Shown one piece after another: positions 36,400-49,289 of a stretch of DNA of 64,000 bases. Position 1 is the stretch's first letter. Each line of letters starts with the position of its first letter. Location of the stretch: contig NIVC01000476.1 in the NCBI GenBank assembly GCA_002269645.1, positions 1-64,000 on the forward strand, in the 5' to 3' direction. Below the pieces are notes generated by a model. The model was given only the letters and a program-made list of their open reading frames with translations. It did no database searches and was not told the DNA's origin. The position numbers were made by a program, and so were the translations under genes. This stretch comes from Macrostomum lignano (taxonomy: Eukaryota).

Positions 36400-36640
36400 C
36401 GCAGTGGGCGGCGCAGCAACTGCCGCGGTGCTGAAGCAGTGAGCGGCCATGGAGCTGGCCAAGCCGCCGGTTGGCCAAGCCGGCTGGCCAACTGCACCAA
36501 GCCGCCTGACCCCAACGTGAGACTCTGTTTGCATGAAGCAGGCATTTCATTTGAGATCAACTCAACAGCAATTTTATTCCTTCCAGTCGGTTTACTACTA
36601 TGCTGAGAGCTGAGGAGTGCGCAGGCGGTCCGTGTGTGGC
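36400..36640 (+). pseudogene. Orphan fragment of receptor TM exon and downstream intron
   Basis: gccgcagtgggcggcgcagc..aagccgcctgaccccaac|gtgagact and ccagtcggtttactact match 26400-26660. Confidence 0.8.
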
Positions 36641-39600
36641 ATTCTTGACGAATCAATTAAAAGTTTAATGTACAAGTTCTACATGAAGGTGAAATATGGG
36701 AATAAAATAAAACTTCTGTATACAGACACAGACAGTTTGATCCTGAACATTGAAACAGTAGACTTTTATCAGGACCTTTTGACGCGGAAGGACTTGTATG
36801 ACCTATCTGAATACCCAGAACTGTTGGTTCTGGATTCACGGACACTAGGTCATATGAATAAAATGAGCAACTGCTCCAACTCAAGCATTTACTAGGGCCT
36901 GTATGAATAAACTGAGAAATTGCTCATACTCTGATAATACTCTGAGATTGAGCCATTTCTAAGGTCAATAAGAATAAAACTGCTACCATAAACTTAATTT
37001 CTGAGCAATTGCTCAGAAAACGTTGAGGCAGCCTCCTGGCAGACTCAAGAACGAGTCGCAGTGTAAAAAGCAGATAAATCGTCAAAGCTAAACTCCTGAA
37101 CTCCTGAAACTCCGGATAGTCTCTGCCGATAAGGTTGACTGCGTAACATGTACTTCTGCCTATTATCTGTAGGCATCGACTTTTACGAGCAGGTACTTGT
37201 TGCCCTTAAACGGTCCAGCGTAGTCTGCGTGCACACGGCACCACTTTTCGCTTTCCTCTGGCCAAAATGCCCATTGGATTGATGCTCCATGGTCTTTATT
37301 TGTCTGGCAGGCGACGCATTGCTTGGGATGCCTAGTGACATCAGCGTCTATTCCTGGCCACCATACGCATTGTCTGGCGATGGATTTCATCTTGTCCGCG
37401 CCTATGTGGCCGTCGTGCAATAGTTGAAGAACTCTTTGTCGCTCCTCCTCCGGGATCAGCAGGCGTATTCCTCTGTAAAGAAGATCGTTCTCGATTGCCA
37501 GTTCGTCAAGAGTTCGAGCATATGTTGGTAACTCCTTGATTCCTCGGGCTGTCCAGCCATGCTTGACGAGCGCAAACAGTCGTCGCATCTCCTGATCAAG
37601 CATTGACGTGCGCCTAAGCCGCTGCTTGTCAACTGGTATATCGAGTAGACTGTCCTGAATCGAGTTGACGTCGAATTGCTCGCTCTCCGCGGCACTATTA
37701 TTCAATCGAGATAGGGCATCGGCGGCAGGGATCTACTCGGAACGCTTACACTCGATGACGTAATCATACTCCATGAGTGTGATCGCCCATCGCTGTAGCC
37801 TAGCAGCAGCAACCGTAGACAAGGCCTTTCCCGGGTTGAACAGGAATTTCAGTGGGTGATGGTCCGTCCTGAGCACCAACTTGCGTCCTAGCAAATATTT
37901 GTGGAGACGTTTAACCGCCCAGACTATGACTAGCGCCTCTCTTTCGATCTGTGCATAGTTTCTCTCAGCCTGTGTCAACGTCTTGGAGATAAATAGAACA
38001 GGACCGGACGACTGATCTAACACGGCTCCCAGACCCACCGGTGATGCATCAGTCGTAAGTATAATATTGTCAGCTGGATCGAATGACTTTAGGAGTCCGG
38101 CGTTGTGCAATCTTTCCATGATTGTGTTAAAGGCCTTCTGTTCTTGCCTTCCCCAGGTCCATCGCACACCTGACCTGGTTAGATTGGTCAATGAATCTTT
38201 CAACGTAGCCAAGTTAGGAATGCATTGTCCATAGAAATCGACCATTCCCAAGAACGCCTGTAGTTGTTTGAGGTCGCTTTGCTCTTTTAATCCGGCAATG
38301 GCTTCCACTTCCTCCTTTAGAGGGCGAATTCCATCTGCACTGATCTCGTAGCCCAAAAATCGTATTGACGACTTGTTTAGTACAGACTTGTCAGCATTTA
38401 TGCGAAGTCCATTGTTTTCCAGGATCTTCATTACTGTGTTGAGCCTTTCGTCATGATCAGTCTGACTTTCGCCCCAGATGAGGATATCGTCCTGGTAGGA
38501 TATCACGCCGTCGAGGTTTAGCAGGAGTTTATCTATATATGACTGGAAGATAGCGGGTGCTTGTTTTACCCCAAAAGCCAGTGAGGTTGGACGAAACAGG
38601 CCAAAGGGTGTGCTCCAAGTTTGCATCTGACTTGTCTCGGCGTCGACTGGTACCTGCAAGTATGCGTTTGTGAGATCTAGCGTGGAGAATTTCCGGGCTC
38701 GACCCAATCTGGACATCACTTCATCTATCGATGGCGTTGTCGATACCATGTCTTCCAAGACTGGGTTCAGTGTTATCTTATAGTCGCCACAAATCCTGAT
38801 ACTTCCAGATTGCTTTCTGACACACACTATAGGCGTGGCCCATTCGCTCGATTGCACTTTCTCCAACTGTCCTTTCAGATTCCATTCTTCGTAGCTCGTT
38901 CTTTACGTCTTCTTGAATACCATAGGGAATCGGTCTTGGCTTGCAGAAAACAGGTTTTGCGCCTGGCCTGATCGATAGTGACGCCTTCACGGTGTCGACT
39001 GGAGACATGCGACTTGATTGCCGTTCTTCTGTGGTGTTAGCATTACCACCTTGGGTTATGGCGACATAAAGCTCCGGCTCCAGCTCTGCAATCCAGTCCA
39101 AACCATATATGGGCTCCACATCTCTGTGGTCTACGACAAACAATGGCAGGTTCGCTACTGCACCGCCACGCTCTACTCTGACAGTAACTTCTCCTAAAAC
39201 ACGCACCGGATCTCCTTGGTATGCTGTAAATCATCGGGCTGTCGGTCTTAAATTGGATTTCAACGGAAGGCCTTGATACATCTTTAGCGATACAAATGAT
39301 GAGACGGATCCAGTGTCCATAATCATACGAAGATTGGCCCCATTGACCAGCAGAAGCCTTGTTATCCTGCGCCTGCTGGGCTCCTCACAGCTGCTATTTA
39401 CGGAGAAAATGCTGTCAAGACCTACAGGTCCTGAAGAATCTTCCTGCGGTTCGATCGTCTGTCTTGACCGTTGAGCAGGTCTTGATGATTAGACTACACA
39501 CAGCTTTCAGATGGCCAGTCTTTCCTCAATTCAGGCAGGTCTTTGAACGGTGCTGGCAGACGTCCTTGCGGTGTCCATCCTTGCCACAGCAGAAACATTT

Positions 39601-40985
39601 TGCTTGGTTGCCATGGCTCTGTTGATTCCACTTGCCGTACCCGGTTGGCTGCCACGCTTTGCGATCGTTCTGTCGAGTCTCTGGCAAACGCGGTCGATCC
39701 GCCCTCTTGACCGATAAGATTTCGCTGCTGTTCATCTGTTTTTCACCACGCGCTACGGCTTCGCATGCGCTTGCCACGGACGTCACCTTCTCCCAGGTGA
39801 GGTCTGCGAGTTTTTCAGTTAGCAGTTTCCTCACGATGTCTTTGTTGGACAAGCCGAACACAAACTGGTCGCGCAAATTGTCGTTTAGGTCCGTGAATTC
39901 ACAGTTGTCCGCGGCTTGTCGAAGTCTCCTAGCGTAGGCCGACGTGTCTTCTTCGCTTTCCTGCTTCATGTGTGGAAAGCGTACCTATAGGCCAGTCCCG
40001 ACTTCGATGCTTTCGTTTCGTTTGTTAGTAGCGTCTTAACTGGTCGAAGGTCTTTTCCTCTGGCTTTGCTGGCAGTGAAGCGTCAGCCAGAAGGTTGAAC
40101 GCCTTCTTCCCCAGTTGTGCTATAAACGCGTACTTCAGCACGTCGTCGTTCCACTTGTTGAATTTGGCTATAGCCTCGAATCGCTGCAGCCATCTGCTGA
40201 TCTCGGCAGGCACGTCTGTCTCCAGGGGTTCGATTGGAATCGTCGCCATCCTCGTCGCCAGTGTTGGTTCTGAATGCACGGACACTATAACACCAATTTT
40301 GATGTAGCCTTTAGCTAGCTCGGTTATTTCTTAAGTGCTCCAGTTGAGCAGCTCTCTCTAATCACGCTTAGTGTATTTCAGCCTTGCGGCTCTGCTCACT
40401 TTAATGAAAAGAGTATCGCTTAACAGTTTCGGCCATAGAGTATGCACCGTGGTAATAACTAACATAAGAGATTTTCTATAAACCATCAAAGCATCTAACA
40501 AGAACCATTCAAAACACAGAATGGCAATCAAAATGTTTAACTTTTATCAGGACCTTTTGACGCGGAAGGACTTGTATGACCTATCTGAATACCCAGAATC
40601 ATTCAAAACACAGAATGGCAATCAAATGTTTGACCCTCGTAACAAGAGGGTAATTGGGATTTGGGAAAATGAACGATGATTATTATTGAATTTTATCGGG
40701 TTGAGAGCAAAGTCTTATTTTGTAAAATGTGAGGCATCAGATCCCATTAAAAAAGCTAAGGGTGTTCCCAAAAATGTAGTTAGGAATGAGTTAAAAGCCG
40801 TATTCAGAGATCTACTGTGTCACAATAAGAGAACTATCCATGAATTCTCGAAAATGCAGTCCAAGAACCACAATATTTATACGATTCAATAGAGGAAGAT
40901 TGGCCTGTCAGGCGCAGACAGTAAGAGATTGTCTTTGATGGCAACATAAAAAGCCTACAGTTCCGGCCACTGGAGATTGCAAAAA
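36638..40985 (+). mobile_element. Polinton/adintovirus-like protein-primed family-B DNA polymerase C-terminal remnant (36638-36821 + 40506-40985), interrupted by an LTR element
   Basis: ILDESIKSLMYKFY..KYG..IKLLYTDTDS; then FDPRNKRVIG, FIGLRAKSY, KKAKGVPKNVV, SKNHNIYT, LSGADSKR, SGHWR. Contains stops and frameshifts. Confidence 0.85.
36822..40500 (-). mobile_element. Mag-clade Ty3/gypsy element, integrase-truncated, 5-bp TSD AGAAC
   Basis: 5' LTR 40500-40262 (TGTTAG..CCAACA). PBS TGGCGACGAGGATGG (40246-40260) is complementary to the tRNA-Ser(GCU) 3' end and overlaps the gag ATG. Two CCHC knuckles, MDTGS protease, RT YQDD, RNase H, HHCC integrase ending at 37163. AGAAC at 36817-36821 and 40501-40505. 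Confidence 0.92.
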
Positions 40986-41011
40986 AATGGGTTTTTAATT
41001 AAAAATTGTAA

Positions 41012-41096
41012 AAATGACAACAGATACTTTTCTTCAAGATTTAGTTAATGAGCTAAAGATTCCAAACTTCCGAGGGGTCTTTATGAGCGATAAACT
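41012..41096 (+). pseudogene. N-terminal fragment of Polinton/adintovirus adenain-like cysteine protease
   Basis: MTTDTFLQDLVNELKIPNFRGVFMSDKL directly downstream of pPolB; L.IPxFRGVFMxD.L is how I recall the start of these proteases. Confidence 0.65.
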
Positions 41097-41187
41097 GTGC
41101 ATGACTTTTTTATATGCAATGGCCAAAACCCGAAAGAGCTACAAGGAAATTATTCCAGGGTTTTAGGTTTTGATCTTTATGTCACAG

Positions 41188-41720
41188 GGTTCGACCACTG
41201 CTCACGAAGTACATTTTGTCCTTCAGCGAGCGCCACAAGCAGAAGCAGTTCTGACAGCGGCGCGCTGCTGACGGTCGCTGTCATCTGCTGCTCGGTGGCC
41301 GCAGCCGTCGCAGTGGGCAGCGCAGCGACTGCCGCAGTGCTGAAGCGGACCCGAGCAGCCGACGCCTCCGCCGGCGCCATCAGCCAAGGCGCAGCCGTGG
41401 AGCTGCTGGCTGCTGCCAAGCCGCCCGACCCCAACGAGAGCTGCTTAAGTCTCCAACTGCTTGAATAAACACGTGTTTTATGCAGTGAGAATAGCTCAAC
41501 AGCACTTTTAATCTTTCCAGTCGGTTTACGACAATGCTGAGAGCTGAGACCAAAAGGCGGTCTGTATGGCAATTGACTCGGAGAAGGCAGTATTGAGCTA
41601 CTATGTTGTTTTTGTGAACGTTTCCTGTACTGTCCTTTGATCCTAGCAGACAGATAAAATTTCTTTTCCTATCCAGATTCATCCAATGCAATCAGCAAGT
41701 CAATATGGCTTGCTACGAGC
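41188..41720 (+). pseudogene. Orphan receptor TM exon plus following intron sequence
   Basis: cacag|GGTTCGACCAC..; GFDHCSRSTFC..LLTVAVICCSVAAAVAVGSAATAAVLKR..KPPDPN; the donor gt is lost (aacgagagc). Confidence 0.85.
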
Positions 41721-42096
41721 ACTATTCGATTATTGATCTCTGTTGAAAGTACGAGGTGTTTATTAACTATTCAAGCTTGGTTGAAATGTTAAAAAATGTT
41801 AAGTTTTTTACATGCAAGTATCCTTTATTTATTAAACATTAGCGTTAAATTTCGCAAAAAAATCTATTTGGAACAGTAAATAGCCGATGGATTTCCATGA
41901 AAGATCACTGAAATATGTTAAGTATCAGACAAACTTCGATCAGCGTAGAACCAATGAATAAAACTTCAAAGAAGTCATGTCAATACGTGTAAATCATCGT
42001 AGCTATTTATCGAACTGGGCAGGATATACAGCTACCCATATGTAACTGGAACCGATTGCAAAACAGCCTGACTTCAATTCGATTTTCTTCAATATT

Positions 42097-42582
42097 CTAC
42101 TCGCGTCGAGTACTTACATGTACGCCGAGTACATCCGCGGCAATAGACGAATGCTCGCTGTTTTCCACCGCAGCAACGACAGCAACTTCAGGCTGCTCAT
42201 CTGCACCATCGTCGTTGTCTTCGTGCAGCAGGGTCGACCGCCGAGTCAATGTCAGATCGCAGCAGAAGCCCGAGCAGCAGTGACAAGCGGTACACAGCAG
42301 GAATGCAAATGTGAGAAGTAAGGTCGCTGCCAGCAGTAACTTCCTGCCCTGCCAGTGGGCGGACAGTGTGCTGGCAGCAGGCAATAGCAGCAGAACAAAA
42401 ATGCTCAAGCAGGCGAGCGAATAAAGCAGGAAGGCTAAACAGTACTTGCGGGAGAGGTAAGCCGGCCAGCCGAATGCTGCAGCCCCGTGCTGATGACGCA
42501 CCTGCAGCTGGGGCAGCTGCTGCTCGGAATGTTGTCCACGTTGCTGTCGTGCATTGTGCTGCGGTTGGTTTGAATCTTGCAT
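42097..42582 (-). CDS. Small two-transmembrane protein, 161 aa, unknown family
   Basis: ATG-initiated GC-rich ORF within AT-richer flanks; two hydrophobic helices (YCLAFLLYSLACLSIFVLLLL; LLLAATLLLTFAFLLCTACHCC) followed by a Cys cluster and an acidic tail. Confidence 0.55.
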   Translation of the reverse strand: MQDSNQPQHNARQQRGQHSEQQLPQLQVRHQHGAAAFGWPAYLSRKYCLAFLLYSLACLSIFVLLLLPAASTLSAHWQGRKLLLAATLLLTFAFLLCTACHCCSGFCCDLTLTRRSTLLHEDNDDGADEQPEVAVVAAVENSEHSSIAADVLGVHVSTRRE

Positions 42583-44172
42583 TTTTGTTTCTTTGGACTT
42601 TTATTATTAGAACGTTGAAGTGAAAAAAAACTTTCATCCACTTTAAACCTCATTCACTTGTATCGATATCTCTGTCAAGCTCTTATTTTCATTTTCTATG
42701 TCTACCACAGACAATTAATTACACTGATTCATGGCCGCACCAATTCATGCACCATGCAGCTTCCGCCATCACTGTCTGTCCTTCGCTGCTCTTTTTAACC
42801 TCTCCATTGTCCATACAGTCCATTAATTAATGTCATCTTCAGGTTTCACTTCAAGATAGAACGTACTCGTATATTAACATCTGCACTATAGGGGACATCC
42901 TTGAACAAAAGCTCTAATTGGATACTGTCACGATTATGGCGTAGCGGCTAGCTATGCTATGACCCTTAAAAGGGCCGTTTTAGTCCCAAAGTAAGTTGAA
43001 GTCAACTCTTGTAAAGCGGATTTTGTAGCGGAGCACTTGGCGATAAAGGCAGGAACTGCCGTAGTTGGTTTTATTGGTAGTATCAATATTAGGCTTGGTT
43101 AAAATTTATGTCAATAAACAAACTATAGCTTTCTGGGCACTGGCGGCTGCAACAACGGGTTGAAGATAAATTGGATATGAAGTCAAGTGACAGACGAATG
43201 GTGCAATGGCGATGTAACGTGATGAGCAATGGCAATGAGCACAGTGAAGGCAGTGAGACGCAGTAGGCAGGCAGATGAGCAGTGGCGAGGTTGGCGTCAG
43301 CCGTGGCGTGAGATAAGGAGGCTCGAGGCAGCCAGACAGAGAGAAGGGAAACAAGGCCGCGAAGGGACGGCAGAACGAAAGGAGCGGACAAGAACGGAAG
43401 TGAGGAGTGCCCGCCGCCAGGCGGGGGGTTAATAAAGAGCGCAAAAGGGGGTAGCGTAAACACGGAGAGTTTTCATTGGCTGGCGAGAGAACTTGAAATT
43501 ATCGATCGTGCCAAAATTTACAGACGAGCGCAAGGCCTACCAAATACACAGTGAATTAGCAGTTGATACAGATTATTTGCACGCTACTATAAGTAAACGT
43601 TAAAATAAACTATTGGAGAAATTAATGAGAAATTGCAAGGGAAACTATAGTCCAACGGCCCTTTTGCGGGACCACTTAAACTAGCAACGTCACAATACAT
43701 TTTGAGATTCTCAAAAACTCAATTTGTGGTGGATTCTGAAGAACTTATTTTGTCTTGATTTATCTGTCAGATTTGGGCTTTATGTTAATAGCTTCTACCT
43801 GTAATGTTGCTTATCCCTCAACTGCATGACTTTGTGTCGATATGGTCGTATGAGTAGATATGGTCGAAAACCTTATAGCACCTAGAATGGTGATGTAAGG
43901 GTAGTAAGCAGATAGCTCAGTGTGGGCATATTATGTTGCTATAGGTTTATATGGCACAGGTAAGCATCAAACGGGCGAAATGTAATTCAAAAGAAGATAA
44001 ATCCATATACATGTAATGGCTTTAGCTGTCTTTATCAACAGTTTTAACTTAGGGTTAGTAGTGTGGTATAGATAGTAAATAGTGAATGTAAATGCATGTA
44101 CAGTGTAGCCTGATTAAATCTTCTGGCCTGAAAGTACATGTAGTTGCAATTTCACAGTTCAATTCTTCCAGA

Positions 44173-44510
44173 CCCGTACAACAATCCGACGTATCTGACC
44201 GACGTCGTACGACGTCTATGTAACATTACGTGTTTCCTATTGGTCGGACGTCGGGCCGACGTCGAAGTCGTAGTCGAAAAATTAAATTCGCCTTAATTCA
44301 CGTTATTCGCCTTAAATAATTAAATTAAGCATAACATTATTGCTTGCCAGTTCATCCCGCGAAAATAAATGTTAAAGCAGCGCGAAATAAATTTTTGGAC
44401 TACGACTTCGACGTCGGCCCGACGTCCGACCAATAGGAAACACGTAATGTTACATAGACGTCGTACGACGTCGGTTCAGAGGTCGGTGCGACGTCGGATT
44501 GTTGTACGGG
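44173..44510. mobile_element. MITE with ~110-bp near-perfect TIRs, CCCGT..ACGGG termini
   Basis: cccgtacaacaatccgacgt.. / ..acgtcggattgttgtacggg; AGA on both sides. CCC/GGG ends with a 2-3 bp TSD suggest CMC/EnSpm (inference). Confidence 0.9.
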
Positions 44511-45564
44511 AGAAGACCGGAAGAGCACTTGAAAAGTCACATACATGTACATGTATAGATAAATGCCTGATGGTCCCCCCAAGGCCTGGACACAGAAACC
44601 AGTGGAATTGGTCGATCATATTCTGTCGAGGAAAATAAAAAACTAACTATCAACATTTGTAAGTCGACGAGTTTCGCACTCCGTGGTGCATCTTCAGGTT
44701 TATTTTATTAGAACGAACGAAAAAACTGAGACTAACGATAATAAACAAAGTCGAGGAAAATGTACACGGCATGTGCGACTCCGGCAGAGATAATGGGTTA
44801 TTTCCGCTATCCATGTCTATCCATCTCGAATTGGTTTGTCTATGGTATCAGAGTTACGCTACTAATTATCACCGCTCATTTAACACTGAAGGAATAGACG
44901 AGGCGCACAGGCAAAGTGGATTACATGTACACTATACGAGCCGTATATTTACGTTAAGCAGCTTGTTTACCTTATAGTATAGCTTAGCGGTGATCGCGGC
45001 CATGGTGCCTTTTAGTATAGTAAGACGGCCACTGAGTGTTTTACATGTGCGATTGTTGAGCAAGCTTCTTTTTCTTCGCTTGTATCCATCATGGGATGAC
45101 TCGTACAATGCAATGCAAGGCAAGGTCAATGCAAAGTCCGTTGCTTGGGTCGAGCTCGGCTAGTCGTCCGTTTGAACAGTTTTATTTTACGGTAAAGCCA
45201 AAACGTACATGCACGGTTGTAGCTTCACATGTATGTCTTCTAACTTAAGCGCTTTTGGTCTTCATGGCAATAGAAGAATTTTCTCAAAGTTGCCACTGAT
45301 CCACCCCAATGTCCGGAAGAGGATCAATGTAGGAAAACTATATGTGGACCAATAAATTAAGCGAAAGTTCGCTAGAATACAGCCCCTTCATCCTTTGGTC
45401 CGGAGATCCGCATCCTTACCAAATTTTCGGTTGCGCCACTGTGTTTATCGCAGGCAATAAAGTCCTGCGCTTTTGTACATGTACACAGTACGCCTCAATG
45501 GGCTGAATCTAAAAGTCAAGTCTCGCGTTTAAACTAATATTTTACTGTACTGCGAGGTTACTGT

Positions 45565-47350
45565 ACTACTACCTGGCAAGCGACTCAGGAGCCCAGGAAC
45601 GAGCTGTGTGAGTTCTTCGCCGCCATTGTCAACGCGCCGCCACCCCCGCTGCCAGACAGTCTGACGCTGCCGCCGGAGATGCCGTTGCCGGCAGAGGAGA
45701 GCTTCAGCCTAGTACCAGTCAGCACAGCCGACGTTGTGAGGCTCACCTAACAGCCACCGGGCGGGAAAGCGCTGCGTCCGGACGAGGTGCCCATCGAGGC
45801 GCTGCGCGCATCCAATGTGTGGCCAGTGAGGTCGCCAGAGTGATGAATCGCGTGCTCTTCGGTGAGGAGGCACCCAAAGAATGGACCACGGCGCACAACG
45901 TCGCAGTTCCTAAGAAGCCGGGCACCACGAGGCTTGAGGAGCATCGAGGCATCTGCCTTCAGTCCTGCGCTGCGAAGCTGTTCAACCGGATGCTGTTATC
46001 GCGGTTGCAGCCCGTGCTGGATCCGTTACCTGCGCCCAGAGCAGAACGGGTTCCGGCCCCATCGCGGCACAGTAACGCTCATCCTGGCTCTTCGGCGAGT
46101 CATCGAGGAAGCACGGCTACGCCAGTCGATCCTGATTGTTATCTTCATATAGATTTCAAGAAGGCATTCGACTCGGTCGTCAGGTCTGAGCTCCCAAAGG
46201 TGCTCCGTGCGTACAACGTGACAGAGCAGCTGATTTCCGCCATCATCGCGATGTACCGTGATACGAAAGCTGCTGTTTGAACACCGGACGGCCTATCGGA
46301 CTTCTTTGAGACATCCTCCGGGGTGCTTCAAGGAAATACGCTTGCGCCGTTCCTGTTTGTTATGGTGCTTGACTGGGTGGTGCGGACCGCTCTTCCTACC
46401 AACGACGACGGCTTTCTGTTGCGGCGACGCGTGGGTCGACGTCAACCGGAGAGGTGGCTCAGCGTGCTTGGCTACGCCGACGACCTCGCCCTGCTGTCCT
46501 CAACTGTCGAGGGTGCCCAGCGACAACTGGACAAGCTAGTTGCTGTTGCGGCGAGTGTCGGCCTGGTGGTCAACACGCAGAAAACCGTCGCGTGCTCTGC
46601 GTGCCGGACGACATCGAGGCTGCAATTTTATGCCGAGGCGCTGATGGACAGGCGACAGAGCTTCCGCGTTGTCAGCAGTTCCTCTACCTCGGCGGTCTGG
46701 TTCCTGGCGTCCGCGAGGATCTGCGGCGTCGCCGCGGGCTTGCCTGGGCTGCCTTTCGTTCTGTGAGGGCAGTCCTGCAGTCCGAGGCCTTATACCTGAC
46801 CTCCAGAGGGCGGCGTTGTACCAGGCGGTGATCGAGACCGTCCTGCTGTACAACGCCGAGACATGGATGCTGACGGAGTCGCTCGAGCAGAAAGTTGACG
46901 CGGCGCACTCTGGCCTGCTGCGCGCCGCCTTCAAGATCGGCTACGAGCGAGACCAACGCGGCTTTGTATCGCCGCGCCGGCCTGGTGCGCGACCTAGGTT
47001 GCGCCGTCGGCGACTCCAGCTGGCAGGTCACATCATCCGCGCCGAGTCGTACTGCCCAGAGCCGGTGCAGGAGGTGCTGCTGCTAACGCTGCAGGCACCC
47101 TATATACCGGCGGGGGCAGGCGCGCACTCCGCGTTTCGTCGACTGCCTACTGGCTGACGCCGGCGCCCCGGATTCGGCTGGCGGCGTGGCGTCCATTCGC
47201 GACCTGGCTTTGAAGCGTGCCCTGTGACGCTAACTGCGTTGTTGTGTTGTTGTTTACTGTACTATTATTATATGTTATTATTATACTATTATATATTATT
47301 ATTATTACGTGTGTTATGTTATTATATGCTATTATTATATGTTATTATTA
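45565..47350 (+). mobile_element. RTE-like non-LTR retrotransposon, 5'-truncated, frameshifted, with (TAT/TTA)-rich tail
   Basis: VPKKPG..HRGICL, EQNGFRP, FIDFKKAFDSV, GVLQG.TLAPFLF, YADDLALL, VNTQKT, LLYNAETW; ends TGA at 47226 followed by an AT simple-repeat tail. Confidence 0.92.
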
Positions 47351-49289
47351 AACTGCATTATGAGATGAGCCTGATGGCACAACATTTTTGCAGAAGCAAA
47401 CTATTGAAGAAAATAATTGCATTACATTTTCTTATGACTGCCTTTCGTTTCCTGGATCGTTAAATTGTTTAGAGGCGGTTTAAATTGTTATCTTTCGGTA
47501 TTTTTCCATCGTTGTTGATGATTGAGTCATTGAGAGAGTAGTGATTGAGGCACTCATACTAATAATTAGTTCTACACGCAAGACGCGACACGGAAGCACA
47601 CGCGAAAACAGTCCTGTGCTGCAAATATTTGCGTGACACTAAGTGTCATAAGTTTAAACTTTAAGTTCTTTCTGTTTGTTGCAAGCCCGTTAGGCGATCT
47701 TCCGGTTTCTCGCTCTAAATTATTCTAACCCCCTTTTCAGAGTCCCAAAGCGATGAAAACGAAATGAAGTTAAGCCAGTCGACTACAGCTTCACTCCCAA
47801 TTGTGGCCTTCACTATAACATCTGTAGCCTGCAGCCCTGCAGGTTCTTTGACCAGAAGTAGATGATGTTGATGAGCTGGAGCAGCAACAGATGACTTCCC
47901 TTCAAAAAATTGCAAATCCCTTAAAAATGGTTTACATCGAGGTTGCACAGCACGATGCTATTGATGACTTCAATTGCAGGAACAATAGATTGCAGCATTC
48001 GAGGTTGGCCAGCCATAGGCCTATTTTAGATTCAGCAATAGCTGAAAAGTTCAAAAAGAGGGTTAAAATAATTTAAACAAAGTAGGAAACCAAAAGATCA
48101 CCCATATAGGTGCTAGGCATAGCCTTGGAAGGATCTACCTTGGTGTATCTCGGTATACAGTAAGGGTCTTACTATTTTTAGTGTATATCAAGATATATCC
48201 CAGCATACATAACAATAGTAATTGTCAATACTTAGTTGATACATTGTGTCAAATGACATTTTTTTTATTGGCATATAAACCTAGTATACAAACAAGGTTT
48301 AGGGCCTATTCTTTTTTTGGCATTAAACCTACAAATATATGATCCAATCTATGGAAGATCTAGGACATTCAGCAATATGCCAATATATTGCTAGGTTAAG
48401 TATATTTGATTTTGTCTTATGGACTTTTAATCTAGCCTAGCCTAGGTAGTTAAATTGCTAGGCCTAGCCCGCTAGCCCTAGGTAGGGGACAATTTGTCTA
48501 CTAGTTCTTGCTTCTTGCTTAGGATAGAATCTTTGCATGGCAATTTTGGAATAAAAAGTTATATGTAGATTTTTTGCACAAGTTTTTACCCTAAGGCAAG
48601 ACTATGCAAATTTTTTATTTGAATTTTTAGTAACCTATTTTATAGATGTTTCATACAAAGTTTAATTGTTTAATTAAATATCTAAAATGTTTTTTATATT
48701 ATTCTTTTTATAGGCCTAATATAATGCTTAGTGGCTTTGCTTTTAAATCTGAAATAACTTTGAAATCATTTGAAATAACTTATTATAGCCAATGGCCATT
48801 ATTGCAAACATACATGCCCAACCTCAAAATTTCACCCATCCGGTGCAACTTAGTTTTGTCCAGATTTGCAACTTACCTATGCACCACTATACTGAAGGAC
48901 CAGGGGGAGGGGGTAGCATGCCTCATGCGTGCTTGTGTGTTGTGCTTATTGAAACATAGAAGTACCTCATTTCTCTTCCCTTTCTCCTGCCCTTACTCTC
49001 TTTACCGATTGATTTATCATTCACTTATGTAGCATTGTACTAAACTGCACTGTAGCCTATACTCTGTAGGCTACATTCTCTACATACTATACTGTATATT
49101 TCTGGCAAACTAATTTGTATATGCACATTCATGCACTCACATATATATATATATAGGTATAAATATATATATAGGTATAAATATATATATATATATATAT
49201 ATATGAGTGCATGTGTATATAGGTATATATAGGTATACATTCTTTGAGTCATTATATATTTCACTTAAAGATAGACCTGCACCTGGCTA

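Noticed and set aside
36767-40598. ~55-bp direct repeat as the TSD of the Mag element
   Set aside because: The true TSD is AGAAC; the longer repeat is a tandem duplication within the pPolB remnant.
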